A DNA stretch of 43,522 nucleotides from Promethearchaeota archaeon. Its GTDB lineage: Archaea; Asgardarchaeota; Lokiarchaeia; Sigyniarchaeales; SOKP01. How positions within the stretch are numbered: position 1 is the first letter of the stretch; the number at the start of each line of letters is the position of its first letter. The DNA is taken from the NCBI GenBank assembly GCA_048938445.1, contig JBHLME010000022.1, positions 1 through 43,522 of the forward strand. Direction: 5' to 3'. The notes beneath the pieces were generated by a model. It did not search any database. It saw only the letters and a list, made by a program, of their open reading frames with translations, and was not told the DNA's origin. Positions 19,843 through 30,772 of the stretch are shown here, one piece after another. Both the position numbers and the translations under genes were made by a program.

Positions 19843-20304
19843 ATGATATCATATAATTGTGAAATTAAAGAAAGAGCTGATCAACCCACGATAACCATTC
19901 GTAAGAGAGCAGCAGTACAATATTTACCACAAGTGCTTGGTGAATCATATAAAACTTTAATGCAATACATGGGAGAAATAGGAGCATTTCCTATCGGGGC
20001 ACCATTTGTAATATATTATAACATAGACATGCAAGATTTAGACCTTGAAATTGGATTTCCTGTTTCAAAAAAACTTCAAGATAAAGAGGATATGAAGGCA
20101 AGCCGAATTCAAGCAGGAAAATATGCGACGTGTATTCATATTGGACCTTATAATGAAATATCATTGGCCTATAATGCATTAAATGAATGGATGAAAAATA
20201 ATGGTTATGAAGGAATAGGTAGAGCTATTGAAATATATTTAAATGACCCAAGTGAAACTCCATCAGAAGAGCTAAAAACTGAAATCCAATTTCCATTAAA
20301 ATAA
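19843..20304 (+). CDS. GyrI-like small-molecule-binding protein
   Basis: GAPFVIYY, EIGFPV, HIGPYNEI-AYNAL, EIYLNDP...LKTEIQFPL. ATG follows SD GAGGTG. Confidence 0.9.
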   Translation: MISYNCEIKERADQPTITIRKRAAVQYLPQVLGESYKTLMQYMGEIGAFPIGAPFVIYYNIDMQDLDLEIGFPVSKKLQDKEDMKASRIQAGKYATCIHIGPYNEISLAYNALNEWMKNNGYEGIGRAIEIYLNDPSETPSEELKTEIQFPLK

Positions 20305-20502
20305 ATTTATTATTTATTAATTTAGTCAAATTATTTTTAAAGAATATTCTTTTATAGTGGAATGCAGAACAGAAAAATATAGCTATCACATACATATTAT
20401 TTGTTTTTTTTTAAATATAAAAAAAAGATTTATAAAGAAGTTTTTTTTTGTTTTTAGAAGAAAACTCTTTAGTTACTTGCACGAATAATATAAAAAAAAA
20501 AG

Positions 20503-20826
20503 GTGTTTCTCATACCTGATTTAGAAGTAGATGAAATGATAATTTTAATAATGACGATTTTTCCTTTGATGGCTTTATTGGGCACAGTATGGAAGAACAA
20601 GACAGTGGCAAAATGGATTCCAGGTTTTTTTTGCCTTTTCATGACTTTTGTCTGTACCAATGCAGAAGCTTTAATCCTACCAGACACTTTCAATTTTTTT
20701 GAACACTTTTTTTCAATGATGATTGGAATAACTATGGCCGGGGCTGCGATTTTAGAATTATATAATATTTTCAATAAAAGTAAATATAGAAGAATAAGTC
20801 CAATAAAAAAAGAGGTAGTGGAATAA
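20503..20826 (+). CDS. Small 3-TM membrane protein (partner of the downstream MCP-like receptor)
   Basis: Three hydrophobic helices and motif TNAEALILPDTFNFFEH; its stop abuts the next start (TAA-ATG). The true start may be ATA 20512. Confidence 0.75.
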   Translation: MFLIPDLEVDEMIILIMTIFPLMALLGTVWKNKTVAKWIPGFFCLFMTFVCTNAEALILPDTFNFFEHFFSMMIGITMAGAAILELYNIFNKSKYRRISPIKKEVVE

Positions 20827-21645
20827 ATGGTTGAATTAGCAGATCTTATAGATGGTGGTTTCAATTTAACGGGATTTATCTTTCTAATCATTGCGATTGG
20901 GGTATTAGCTGTCATTTTTGTAAAAAAAAGAAAAATATCAAGTATTATTATCTTAATTATAGCTATGGGTGGAATGTTATATACGATTGCTAATGTTCTT
21001 GATAAATGGCAATTAGCTGATTCGGATATAGCAGACGGTCTCTCAGGCTCTTTTGCGCTGATAATGGCCACTGTTGCTTTTATTTATGCTTTTCTACCTG
21101 CTTTAGAGGGACGACTTGAACGAACAAACTTTGGTTTAAAGAAAGTTCTTAAAACTGCGACAGATGCAAGTATTAATATTGCAAATATTGCGACAGAACT
21201 TGCGGCTAGTGCCAGTGAAGTGAATGCTTCTTCAGAAGAAATCGCAGCTACTACTCAAGAGGTGACTGTTGTGACACAAGATATTCGTGAATCTTCGAAT
21301 GATATTGAGAACATAATGAATGTTGTCACTTCAATTTCAGATCAGACAAATCTTTTAGCGCTCAATGCTAGCATAGAAGCAGGACGAGCAGGAGAACATG
21401 GTCGAGGTTTTGCCGTCGTGGCAGAAGAAGTAAGGAAACTTGCAGAGGAATCGAGAAATTCTGTTAAAGAATCTAAAGAAAAGATTTCCGAGATTTTAGA
21501 AAAGATTCACATTGCTTATTCTAGCATGGAAGGTATAAACGCTTCTACAGAAGAACAATCCTCCTCGATGGAAGAAATTGCTGCAACAGCTCAAAGATTG
21601 GGGGCTCTAGCAGAACAGTTAAAAACTTCATTAAAGAAATTCTAA
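20827..21645 (+). CDS. Short methyl-accepting chemotaxis-like receptor (3 TM + MCP signalling hairpin)
   Basis: [40 protein letters not shown]. Confidence 0.9.
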   Translation: MVELADLIDGGFNLTGFIFLIIAIGVLAVIFVKKRKISSIIILIIAMGGMLYTIANVLDKWQLADSDIADGLSGSFALIMATVAFIYAFLPALEGRLERTNFGLKKVLKTATDASINIANIATELAASASEVNASSEEIAATTQEVTVVTQDIRESSNDIENIMNVVTSISDQTNLLALNASIEAGRAGEHGRGFAVVAEEVRKLAEESRNSVKESKEKISEILEKIHIAYSSMEGINASTEEQSSSMEEIAATAQRLGALAEQLKTSLKKF

Positions 21646-21841
21646 GGAAATATTTCAAGCATGATTATTTTTTATACTATTTTTTTTTAATATAACTTAA
21701 CTTATGATTACATTTAATTTCATTAATATCCTGAATATTAAATAATAGGTAAAGGTTTAAAACTAAATTTGATCAATATTGAATTATTAAGAACAAGCAT
21801 TATCCAATTCCAAGTCAATATATTTTTGGAGATAGTTTAAC

Positions 21842-22135
21842 TTGATTCAAGAAAATGAAGTGATAACATTCTTTCTTTGTTTAGGAGCGCTCAGTTTTGT
21901 TGTTATTACCTATGTAAGATTAAAGACTTTTCCAAAATTAAGAGTAATCATTGTATCTTTCATTCTATTTTCATTAGGATGGTTTTTTACGATAATCGAA
22001 GGGATTTTTTTTGAGGAAATCTCTAATATTATTGAACATCTCTGTTATTTGAGTAGTTCAATAATATTAGGATTATGGACATTATTAGCAATTCAAAAAA
22101 AGAGGGATGAAGATGAATCCGATAGGAATTCTTGA
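21842..22135 (+). CDS. Small 3-TM membrane protein (partner of the downstream histidine kinase)
   Basis: Three hydrophobic helices and motif TIIEGIFFEEISNIIEH, similar to 20503-20826; overlaps the kinase start. Confidence 0.75.
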   Translation: MIQENEVITFFLCLGALSFVVITYVRLKTFPKLRVIIVSFILFSLGWFFTIIEGIFFEEISNIIEHLCYLSSSIILGLWTLLAIQKKRDEDESDRNS

Positions 22136-24641
22136 TTTGATTACTCTTCTAATCACATTTTTCACAATCATTTATTTTTTAATATATTGGAAAAATCAAT
22201 TTTCCTTCATAGTTAAACTTGCGTTTATCTCTTTTCTATTAATTATATCATTTTATTATTTGAGTAACTTTTTAGAATGGTCTGAAATTAGTGATATTTT
22301 CGTAGTTCTTGAAGATTATATCGCACTTCTCGCTCCACTATTCTTTATTTTCATGTTATACATGTATATTCAGAAAAAATCAAAGGAAGAAATAAGTAGG
22401 AAAGAAAAAAAATTTCGAATCTTATTTGATAGTGCTGGAGATGCTATTTTTTTTCATGACTTTAATGGAAAAATACTTGAAGTGAATAGAACGGCATGTT
22501 TTTTATTAGGTCATTCGAAAGAAGAATTATTAAAAATGAATTTAAACGAATTTGAGAATTTTAGACATCCTTTTTTAGAGGCAAGTGGTCTTAAAGAATT
22601 ACTTCAAAAAGAAAGTACTTTCTACAGAACAGAATATATTTCTAAAGAAGGGTCTTCCATACCAATCGAATTAAGCAGTAAAATTATTAATTATGAGGGA
22701 AAAAAAGCAATATTAAGTATAGCTCGGGATGTTTCAGCCCGTAAAAAAACTAAAAGTAAATTAAAAAGAGAAAGGGAGAAATCTCAATTATATTTAGATT
22801 TAGTGGGAGTCATGATCGTTGCTTTAAATACAAAAGGTGAGATTACGCTAGTAAACAAAAAAGGTTGTGAGATCTTGGAATATGATGAAGAAGAATTAAT
22901 CGGTAAAAACTATTTTGAAACTTGCATGCCTAGTGACATAAAGGACAAGTTTTTTAGCGGTTTTAAGAAATTATTGCTCGGAGAGAGGGAACTAACAGAA
23001 TTTTATATAAATCCTATAATAACTAAAGATGGAAAAAAAAAGATAATAGCATGGCATAATGCAATTATATATGACATTAGGGATAATATTATAGGAACAA
23101 TAAGTTCGGGAAATGATATAACCGAACAGAAAGAATTTGAAAAAAAATTGAGAGAATCGGAAGAAAAATTTAGAAACATTGCTGAACAGACACATATCGG
23201 GATAGCAATTATACAGGATGATGTGATAAAATATGTAAATCAAAGAATGGCAGATTTATTTGGTTATTCAGTTGAAGAAGCATTGGTTTGGAAACCTAGA
23301 GAATTTTTAAAATTATTTGCCCCTGATTCATTGGAAATGGTGATTGACCAGGTTAAAAGGAAACAATCTGGAGATCCAAGACAATTTCCTCAATATCCTG
23401 TACATTGTGTTAAAAAATCAGGGGAACTTTTCTGGGTTGATAATATTTCTAAAACAATAACATATCAAGGTCTACCAGCCGATTTTGTAACTGTGATTGA
23501 CATAACCGAAAGAATGAGAGCAGAACAAGAATTAATAGAATCTGAACAAAGGTTTAGAAGTATTACCGAACAATCTGCCGTTGGAATAGGTATAATTCAA
23601 AATGAGATATTAGTTTACCTTAATGATAAATTAGAGGAATTATTAAGTTATCCTAAAGAAGAGTTACTTACATTAGAACCTGGAATAATATATGATATAA
23701 TTCATCCCGATGATAGAGAAAAAATCATAATAATGTCTCAAGGGCATCAATCTAATTCTCCACTTTCTGAACGTGAATCGCAACTTAGAATAATTCAAAA
23801 AGATAAAAACATAATAACATTGGAAGTACATGCAAAACAAATTTTATATAGAGGTGAACCCGCTGCTTTGGGTATGTTTGTTGATATTACCGAAAGAGAA
23901 AAAGCAGAAAACATCATTAAAAACGAATTGAACAGACTCAAAGAAATTGACCAAATCAAGGACGACCTCATCCGTCGAATATCTCATGAGTTAAATACAC
24001 CATTAGTCTCAATTTATAGTACTGTAAATTTAATCCTGAACAATTTTTCAAATCAATTTGGAGATGAAATGTTAGATTTGATTAAAATTATTGATAAGGG
24101 GGGCCAAAGATTAAAAATTTTATTTGATAATTTATTAGATGTGTATAATTTAGAATCTAATCAATTAGAAATACATAAAAAAACAACTAATCTCATTGAC
24201 ATAATAAATAATGCTATTAAAAATATTGATGAATCATTGGTTGAACGAGAGCATAAACTTAATGTAATTTTACCAGATAAAATAATGATAGATATAGATT
24301 CAAAAAGGATTAATCAAGTATTAACCAATCTTTTATCAAATGCTCTTAAATATACTCCCCCAAAGGGTATAATTTTCGTGAAAGCAAATGAAAATCAAGA
24401 CCAAGTAGAAATTATTATTCAAGACAGTGGAATTGGATTTACAGAGGAAGAAAAACAAAAATTATTTACGAAGTTTGGAAAAATTGAACGATATGGAAAA
24501 GGTTTAGATGTGGATATCGAAGGTCCTGGACTAGGATTGTATATATCGAATGAAATCATACAACTTCATGGAGGTGAACTTTTCTTTAATTCGGAAGGCC
24601 GGGATAAGGGCAGTATTTTTATAATAAAACTAAAAAAATAA
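22107..24641 (+). CDS. Multi-PAS sensor histidine kinase (3 TM, 4 PAS, HisKA, HATPase)
   Basis: Four PAS repeats ending DVS/DIT, ISHELNTPL, NLLSNALKY, DSGIG, GLGL. Confidence 0.93.
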   Translation: MKMNPIGILDLITLLITFFTIIYFLIYWKNQFSFIVKLAFISFLLIISFYYLSNFLEWSEISDIFVVLEDYIALLAPLFFIFMLYMYIQKKSKEEISRKEKKFRILFDSAGDAIFFHDFNGKILEVNRTACFLLGHSKEELLKMNLNEFENFRHPFLEASGLKELLQKESTFYRTEYISKEGSSIPIELSSKIINYEGKKAILSIARDVSARKKTKSKLKREREKSQLYLDLVGVMIVALNTKGEITLVNKKGCEILEYDEEELIGKNYFETCMPSDIKDKFFSGFKKLLLGERELTEFYINPIITKDGKKKIIAWHNAIIYDIRDNIIGTISSGNDITEQKEFEKKLRESEEKFRNIAEQTHIGIAIIQDDVIKYVNQRMADLFGYSVEEALVWKPREFLKLFAPDSLEMVIDQVKRKQSGDPRQFPQYPVHCVKKSGELFWVDNISKTITYQGLPADFVTVIDITERMRAEQELIESEQRFRSITEQSAVGIGIIQNEILVYLNDKLEELLSYPKEELLTLEPGIIYDIIHPDDREKIIIMSQGHQSNSPLSERESQLRIIQKDKNIITLEVHAKQILYRGEPAALGMFVDITEREKAENIIKNELNRLKEIDQIKDDLIRRISHELNTPLVSIYSTVNLILNNFSNQFGDEMLDLIKIIDKGGQRLKILFDNLLDVYNLESNQLEIHKKTTNLIDIINNAIKNIDESLVEREHKLNVILPDKIMIDIDSKRINQVLTNLLSNALKYTPPKGIIFVKANENQDQVEIIIQDSGIGFTEEEKQKLFTKFGKIERYGKGLDVDIEGPGLGLYISNEIIQLHGGELFFNSEGRDKGSIFIIKLKK

Positions 24642-24750
24642 AAATTATTTATTAGAAGAGGAAATACTCAAATTTGCTTAATATAAATTCATTAATCAAC
24701 ATTTAATTAATTAAAATCATTAGAATTAAAGATTTAAAAACTATTTTTTA

Positions 24751-25602
24751 ATGATATCTATGAAGAAGAAATATAGAGAGGAATATAAAGAGGAAAGATT
24801 ATCAATTGAATCAACTATGGGAGGCCCTTTGTGGGCGCGTGCAACATATAGCCCTACAAATCCAGACATATTAAAAGATTCTCAAGCTTCTGAAATAATT
24901 AAGAAAATTGATGTAGATTTTTCAGTAGCGCAAGAATTTTGTGGAGAATATCTCGGGATTAATTTCATTGTAAGAGCAAGAAAGTTTGACGATGCTATAA
25001 AAAGATTTATCAAAGAATTTCCAAATGCGACCGTAGTCAATATAGGATGTGGTCTCGATACGACTTTTTCTCGAATAGACAATGGTACAATCAAGTGGTA
25101 TGATCTAGATTTACCTTCTGCGATTGAATATCGTTTAAAATTAATACCTGAAACTAAAAGGAGTTTCTGCATTTCAAAATCCATGTTTGATTATAGCTGG
25201 TTTGATGATATTGAATATGATAAAAAGAACGGTATTTTCTTTTTTGCAGCTGGTGTATTTAACTATTTTGAAGAAAACGAAATTTCAAAATTATGCATTG
25301 AAATAGCTAATAGATTTCCCGGAGGTGAACTAATGTTTGACGTGCCCTCAAAATTAGGATTAATGATTTTAAATAGAAGAATAAAAAAGATGGGATTAGA
25401 TGGAATGGAAATGCATTTTGGATTAGGCAGTCCCGTAAGACAAATCTCAAAATGGTCGGATAAAATAAAAGTCATTGAATGGTATACTTTATTTGATCGT
25501 ATCCCTCGCAATTTGAATTGGGAAAAAAATACAATCAGATTAATGAATTTAAGCGATAAGTTTAAAATTGGAAAGTATGTTTTGTTACGTTTTTTAAATT
25601 AA
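24751..25602 (+). CDS. SAM-dependent methyltransferase, LCM/TcmP-like
   Basis: PLWARA, VRARKFDD, VVNIGCGLDTTFSR, WYDLDLP, AAGVFNYF. Confidence 0.88.
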   Translation: MISMKKKYREEYKEERLSIESTMGGPLWARATYSPTNPDILKDSQASEIIKKIDVDFSVAQEFCGEYLGINFIVRARKFDDAIKRFIKEFPNATVVNIGCGLDTTFSRIDNGTIKWYDLDLPSAIEYRLKLIPETKRSFCISKSMFDYSWFDDIEYDKKNGIFFFAAGVFNYFEENEISKLCIEIANRFPGGELMFDVPSKLGLMILNRRIKKMGLDGMEMHFGLGSPVRQISKWSDKIKVIEWYTLFDRIPRNLNWEKNTIRLMNLSDKFKIGKYVLLRFLN

Positions 25603-25624
25603 AACCTAAACAATTAAAAAAAAA

Positions 25625-26029
25625 TCAATCGCAATAAGGATTAAACAAGCACATTTCTTTAACTATTGGAATGAAGGATTGAAATTGAGAGATATTATTA
25701 GGATCGAAATTATTAGAAAACTGTTTTAAAAATTTATCTGCTAATATAGCTCCTTGTTCTCTCCAAATTTCGATGGGATCTGATCGGTCCACTAAAATAA
25801 TTATGTTTATAGGAGGTTTTGGAACGATTATACAATTATGACCTTTCGAACCTTTCGTAGAAATTAATACTACGGTACCTATATCTAATTCGTGAGAAAT
25901 GCTCTGAATAGCTGTGAGAAATCCCGTGAAAATATCCGAATGCTCCGATTTAAATTGGGTATCTTCTTGACGATACTCCAATAAGTTTATTCCAGTTTCT
26001 GCGTGTTGAATTAAAATAATATCTAACAT
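25625..26029 (-). CDS. Stand-alone longin-like domain protein
   Basis: Pattern IILIQH-ETGINLLEY...IFTGFLTAIQSISHEL...IIILVD...LADKFLKQF...FQSF fits the longin alpha/beta fold common in Asgard archaea. Confidence 0.7.
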   Translation of the reverse strand: MLDIILIQHAETGINLLEYRQEDTQFKSEHSDIFTGFLTAIQSISHELDIGTVVLISTKGSKGHNCIIVPKPPINIIILVDRSDPIEIWREQGAILADKFLKQFSNNFDPNNISQFQSFIPIVKEMCLFNPYCD

Positions 26030-26180
26030 TTTTTCTTAATTAATATAATAATAGGATCTAATTATAATATTAACATGAAATTACTGAAATTATTTAACTA
26101 GTATTAGATTAACATAATGAAAACTTTAATTTTAATGATGATTTTAATAATCTAAGGTAAAATTTTAAGAAGCTGCGAAA

Positions 26181-27104
26181 ATGGAGTTTAAAACTATCTG
26201 GATATGCGGTATTGGTGGAGTTGGAGGATATTTTGGAGGAAAAATTGCACATCATATTACCAAATTAGGCAGTAATGACCATAAGATATATTTTTTAGCT
26301 CGAGGACCACATTTAAAGGAAATTAAAAAAAATGGATTGATACTTCATACTTCTAAAGGTGAAGAATTAATATGTACCCCCACTCTCGCAACAGATAATA
26401 TTTTAGAATTACCATCTCCAGATTTATGCGTGATTTGTGTTAAAAGTTATGATTTAGATGATTTGATCTTATCCATAGAAGCAAAATTAAGGGATGATAC
26501 AATTATCATTCCATTAATGAATGGATTTGATATTTATGAGAGAATTAGAAAGAATCTAGTAAAGTGTATCGTGCTTCCTACTTGCGTGTATGTTGGGTCC
26601 TACATAGATAAACCTGGAGTGGTAATACAGAGCGGTAATGCAGGTTTCTTTTGTAGTGGTCCTGATCCAAAATATCCCATATATAATCCTCAATCAATCA
26701 TTAAATTCTTTAATAACATGGAAATTGAATTAAAATGGAAAGAAAATCCTCATCCTGCTATTTGGGAGAAATATTTATTAGTAGCATCATTCGCATTGGT
26801 ATGTACATATACAGGTCAGACGTTAGGTGGTGTTATTAATGATAATATATCCAATAAAATGTTGAGAGATGTCATGAGTGAAATTATATCTATATCTAAA
26901 AAAATTGGTATCAGTCTTCCAGAGAATATAATTGACAATATAATTGAATTTTGTAGTGACTATCCCGATATAAAACCCTCATATATGAGAGATGTAGAAA
27001 AAGGAGGAAAAAATGAGGGAGATTTATTTGGAGGTGCGATAATCAGAATGGGAAAGGAGCATAATATCCCCACTCCCGTGACTTCTTCTGTTTATAAAAA
27101 TTAA
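26181..27104 (+). CDS. panE: Ketopantoate reductase family (ApbA/PanE)
   Basis: GIGGVGGYFGG, LARG, CVKSYD, PLMNG, WEKY, SYMRDVE. Confidence 0.85.
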   Translation: MEFKTIWICGIGGVGGYFGGKIAHHITKLGSNDHKIYFLARGPHLKEIKKNGLILHTSKGEELICTPTLATDNILELPSPDLCVICVKSYDLDDLILSIEAKLRDDTIIIPLMNGFDIYERIRKNLVKCIVLPTCVYVGSYIDKPGVVIQSGNAGFFCSGPDPKYPIYNPQSIIKFFNNMEIELKWKENPHPAIWEKYLLVASFALVCTYTGQTLGGVINDNISNKMLRDVMSEIISISKKIGISLPENIIDNIIEFCSDYPDIKPSYMRDVEKGGKNEGDLFGGAIIRMGKEHNIPTPVTSSVYKN

Positions 27105-27277
27105 TTCGAATCAACTAATTCTTAAATCTAGGGTGATCTCGAAGATTTGATGATTCTTTTTAAGTAGAAACTAATTTTTCAAAAATTTCTTTCAATGTTT
27201 TCTTTAAATACCAAAATAGACAAATATTCGAATAATGCATGCTGAATGCTTAAATATGATAATGATGCATTCTAATT

Positions 27278-28264
27278 ATGAATGATCAAGAATCATATAC
27301 TTTAATTACTGGAGGAAGTGGACAATTAGGTAGTGCTCTTGTTGAACTTTTACTACAAAAAAGAAAAAAAATTAGGATTCTTGATAAAATCATCTTCCCA
27401 AATGATGATGTTGAATCAATAATAGGAGATATACGAGATAAAGAAGTAGTGAAAAAAGCGTGCATATCAGTTAATACCGTTTTCCATTGTACTGCGATTG
27501 TTGAAGAAAATGATGTAAAATTGCAATATCAAGTCAATGTTGAGGGTACACGAAATATAATTAATGCCTGTAGAGAAATGAAAATTCCAAAATTGATATT
27601 CGTTAGTTCTTTTGATGTAGTTCTTGATGGTCGAAAACCGCTAGTTGATGGTGATGAATCCTTGCCGTATCCTAAAAAATATTTAGATCGCGGTTATTCT
27701 TTATCAAAAAAGATTTCAGAAATAGATATAATTAAAGCTAATGGTCCAAATTTATCAACATGCATCATAAGACCTGCGGGAATTTATGGGCCATATGATA
27801 AATACCACTTACCTAATATCATCAAATTAGCAAAAAGTAAGTTTAAATTAAAAATAGGAAATGGGAAAGCCAAATTCAGCCATGTTTTTTCTGGAAATGT
27901 GGCTCACGCCTTAATATTAGCTTCTGAACAACTTAATCCGGACTCTCCAATAGCAGGTCAATATTATTTCATTGGAGATCATGAAGCTATTAATTATTTT
28001 GATTTCATGAGCCCATTTTTAAATGAATTGAATTTATCATTACCAAAAAAAGCGATTCCTTTCTGGTTCATATATTTTATTGGATGGGCATGTGACATAC
28101 TGAAAATTAATAGTAAAGTCACCCGATTTTCTGTAGCTTCCTTGTGTGTAGATAGAACAATTTCTTACTTAAAAGCTACTAAAGATTTTGGATATAAACC
28201 CATTTTCTCAAGAGAAGAAGCATTTGAAAAAACTTTAAATTGGTTAAAGCAAATATACATGTAA
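27278..28264 (+). CDS. Extended SDR, 3-beta-hydroxysteroid dehydrogenase/NSDHL-like
   Basis: ITGGSGQLG, VNVEGT-NII, FVSSFDVV, GDESLPYP, YSLSK, RPAGIYGP, NVAHALILA, AGQYYFI. Confidence 0.8.
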   Translation: MNDQESYTLITGGSGQLGSALVELLLQKRKKIRILDKIIFPNDDVESIIGDIRDKEVVKKACISVNTVFHCTAIVEENDVKLQYQVNVEGTRNIINACREMKIPKLIFVSSFDVVLDGRKPLVDGDESLPYPKKYLDRGYSLSKKISEIDIIKANGPNLSTCIIRPAGIYGPYDKYHLPNIIKLAKSKFKLKIGNGKAKFSHVFSGNVAHALILASEQLNPDSPIAGQYYFIGDHEAINYFDFMSPFLNELNLSLPKKAIPFWFIYFIGWACDILKINSKVTRFSVASLCVDRTISYLKATKDFGYKPIFSREEAFEKTLNWLKQIYM

Positions 28265-28291
28265 TCATAATTCATAAAAATAAAATAAGGA

Positions 28292-29176
28292 GTGATTTTT
28301 ATCGCATTTAATCCACTAAATTTCTTATATATTGCTGTTGGTGCTCTGATTACTATTTCTATTTTCTGGTATTTTGTTTTAAAAAAAACTAGTATTAAGT
28401 CCTTAGAATTTAAAATAGTAATAATTTATGCTATTTCAATAGGTCTGTCGATGGGTTTAGCCCCAGACCTCTTTTCTGGAGATCTTATTACAATTCTCAT
28501 TACTTTTCCCATTTCTTACGTGATTCAAATGTGTCTCGTGTATTATATTACTAAAACGCTAATTAACTATAGAAAAAAAATAAAAGGTCAAAATGAAACA
28601 TTATCTCAAATCATACAATCAAGCTCTGAAACATCAGTCACCGTTGCTAATAATGCGACAATGTTAGCTTCAAGTGCAAATCTAATAAATGAATCAGCTC
28701 AAGAGATTTCTTCTACAACGCATTTAATTGCTCAAAAAACTACTAAAAATGCAGAAACCTTTAGTAAAATGAGTGAATTAGCACAAAATTTTAAAAATAT
28801 AGCTAATTTGATTACAAATTTATCAACACAAACAAATTTGCTAGCTTTGAATGCCAGTATAGAAGCGGGACGTGCTGGAGAACATGGTAAAGGATTTGCT
28901 GTTGTAGCTGAAAGAGTTCAACAATTATCAGAAGAATCTAAAAATTCTGTGGGGAAGACTGTTGAAATCATTGAGTCCATTGTTTCTAAAGTTGAACAAT
29001 CTGCTATAGAAACTAGAGACATCTCGTTATCGATGGAAACCATTTCTGCGGCTACAGAAGACCAAACATCTTCAATGGAAGAAATTACGAAGATTGCAGC
29101 AACTTTAGGAAGTGAAGCAGAAAAATTAAAAAATAGCTTGAATATTATATCATCAAAAGAACGTAAATTATTTTAG
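28292..29176 (+). CDS. Short methyl-accepting chemotaxis-like receptor
   Basis: Three N-terminal TMs and [28 protein letters not shown]. The true start may be ATC 28301. Confidence 0.88.
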   Translation: MIFIAFNPLNFLYIAVGALITISIFWYFVLKKTSIKSLEFKIVIIYAISIGLSMGLAPDLFSGDLITILITFPISYVIQMCLVYYITKTLINYRKKIKGQNETLSQIIQSSSETSVTVANNATMLASSANLINESAQEISSTTHLIAQKTTKNAETFSKMSELAQNFKNIANLITNLSTQTNLLALNASIEAGRAGEHGKGFAVVAERVQQLSEESKNSVGKTVEIIESIVSKVEQSAIETRDISLSMETISAATEDQTSSMEEITKIAATLGSEAEKLKNSLNIISSKERKLF

Positions 29177-29217
29177 AAATTCCTATTAACTTGTTTTCTT
29201 ATTTTTTCTGATATTTA

Positions 29218-30153
29218 TTATTTATTTAATTCATTTATCCACGGGAGAATATTCTCTAAAGCAGCTTCAATATTTTCCTGAAAAATCAAATGAGATGTAT
29301 TTTCGAGAATTACCAAGTTCTTATTTTTACAAGTCAATCTCTGATAAATTTCTTTCATGTAATCAACAGAAAATAATACATCTTCATCTCCATTAATTAT
29401 CATTACTGGCGTTTCAATCTTTTCAACGGGTCTTTTCATTGGCTCCCTCATTTGTGTTCGAAGTGATTTCAAAGTGTATTTTAAGGCAAGAATCTCGTCT
29501 TTTAACACCAAATCAATTCTTTTAATGTATTCTTCTCCTTTTGCTAATTTATAAAAGTCCAAATATAGGAGAGTACTGAGTCTAAAAGTCGGTAATATTT
29601 TTGCCAAGAAAGGAACTGCTCCTTTTAAGTAATTTAGAATCCCCTTTATGTTTATGATTTTCTTATACGCATTTTCATTAAAAATAGCCGCATTATGACA
29701 AATTGCTCCCTTTAATCGATTATCGTTTGCAGCGCTATAAAGTGCTGTAATACCTCCAAGACTGGACCCTATAACAAATACATTAGCTCCATGCTTTTCT
29801 ATTACATAAGAAGTAACATCATAAATTGTCTGAGTAAACTCCTTCATCGTAAAATGTCCTCTTTTCCCCTCACTCATACCGTGACCAATTAAATCAGGAG
29901 CAATTATGCGATATCCTTTCTTAAACAGAGTATAACAGAATTCAGCATAGAATCGGCTATACACAGTAGTTCCATGAATAAAAATAATTGTCTTGTCGTA
30001 TTCTTTTCCATCATCATATATATCTATGTGTATTTTTAATCCTTGTGATATGATATAATCTTCCTTGATCTCACTTTTAATTTTATTTGGATCTTCATTT
30101 ATAACGTAGTTAAACCAATAATCCTTATACTCTAACTTCTTATTTTTGTTCAT
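29218..30153 (-). CDS. Alpha/beta hydrolase, monoacylglycerol lipase/lysophospholipase-like
   Basis: FIHG, DLIGHGMSEGKRG, nucleophile elbow GSSLGG, GDEDV, TSHL. Confidence 0.87.
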   Translation of the reverse strand: MNKNKKLEYKDYWFNYVINEDPNKIKSEIKEDYIISQGLKIHIDIYDDGKEYDKTIIFIHGTTVYSRFYAEFCYTLFKKGYRIIAPDLIGHGMSEGKRGHFTMKEFTQTIYDVTSYVIEKHGANVFVIGSSLGGITALYSAANDNRLKGAICHNAAIFNENAYKKIINIKGILNYLKGAVPFLAKILPTFRLSTLLYLDFYKLAKGEEYIKRIDLVLKDEILALKYTLKSLRTQMREPMKRPVEKIETPVMIINGDEDVLFSVDYMKEIYQRLTCKNKNLVILENTSHLIFQENIEAALENILPWINELNK

Positions 30154-30318
30154 TTTTCCCAAATCATCATAATTTTTATTTTTAACATTATTTAAACTAT
30201 TATTTATACTTTTTATGTAAAATATGCATTCTCTTCAAAAAATAACTTAAATGAATTTGAATGAAATAAAGGTCATTTAAAAGTAATAGTAAAAAATAGT
30301 AATATAAAAATTGGTTAT

Positions 30319-30615
30319 TTAAAACTCTTCCTCATCGTCTTCTTCAAGCAAGCCTCCTTGCTTTAACATATCCTCTATGGAATCCCTGAGCTTCATGACT
30401 TGCTCATTTTCCTTAAGATTTAAGTTTTCAAGGATGCTATCTGAAAATTCCATGAATTTTTTTATTGATGAAGATGAGAATTCCTTTACTTTCTGAGCAG
30501 TTTCTTCAACCCACTCCTTACCCGATTCACCAAATGTTTTCTCGACGAAGTCAGTAAAACTTTGATTAAGTTTGTCTAAAAAATTTCCACTTTCTTCTTT
30601 ACTCATATTTAACAT
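30319..30615 (-). CDS. Small acidic helical hypothetical protein
   Basis: 98-aa ORF with amphipathic helices and an acidic tail, co-oriented with its neighbours. Confidence 0.7.
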   Translation of the reverse strand: MLNMSKEESGNFLDKLNQSFTDFVEKTFGESGKEWVEETAQKVKEFSSSSIKKFMEFSDSILENLNLKENEQVMKLRDSIEDMLKQGGLLEEDDEEEF

Positions 30616-30772
30616 TTCCCTTAAAATATAAAATTATAATAGCTGAAGAAATGTTCAACATATTAAATATTTTATGATAGTACGTAAATAATCGTTTTGA
30701 TTCAGTTTTACTAGCACTTAATATTCATATATTTCTTTTTAAGAAAACTTAAACAATAAATAATGAAATATT

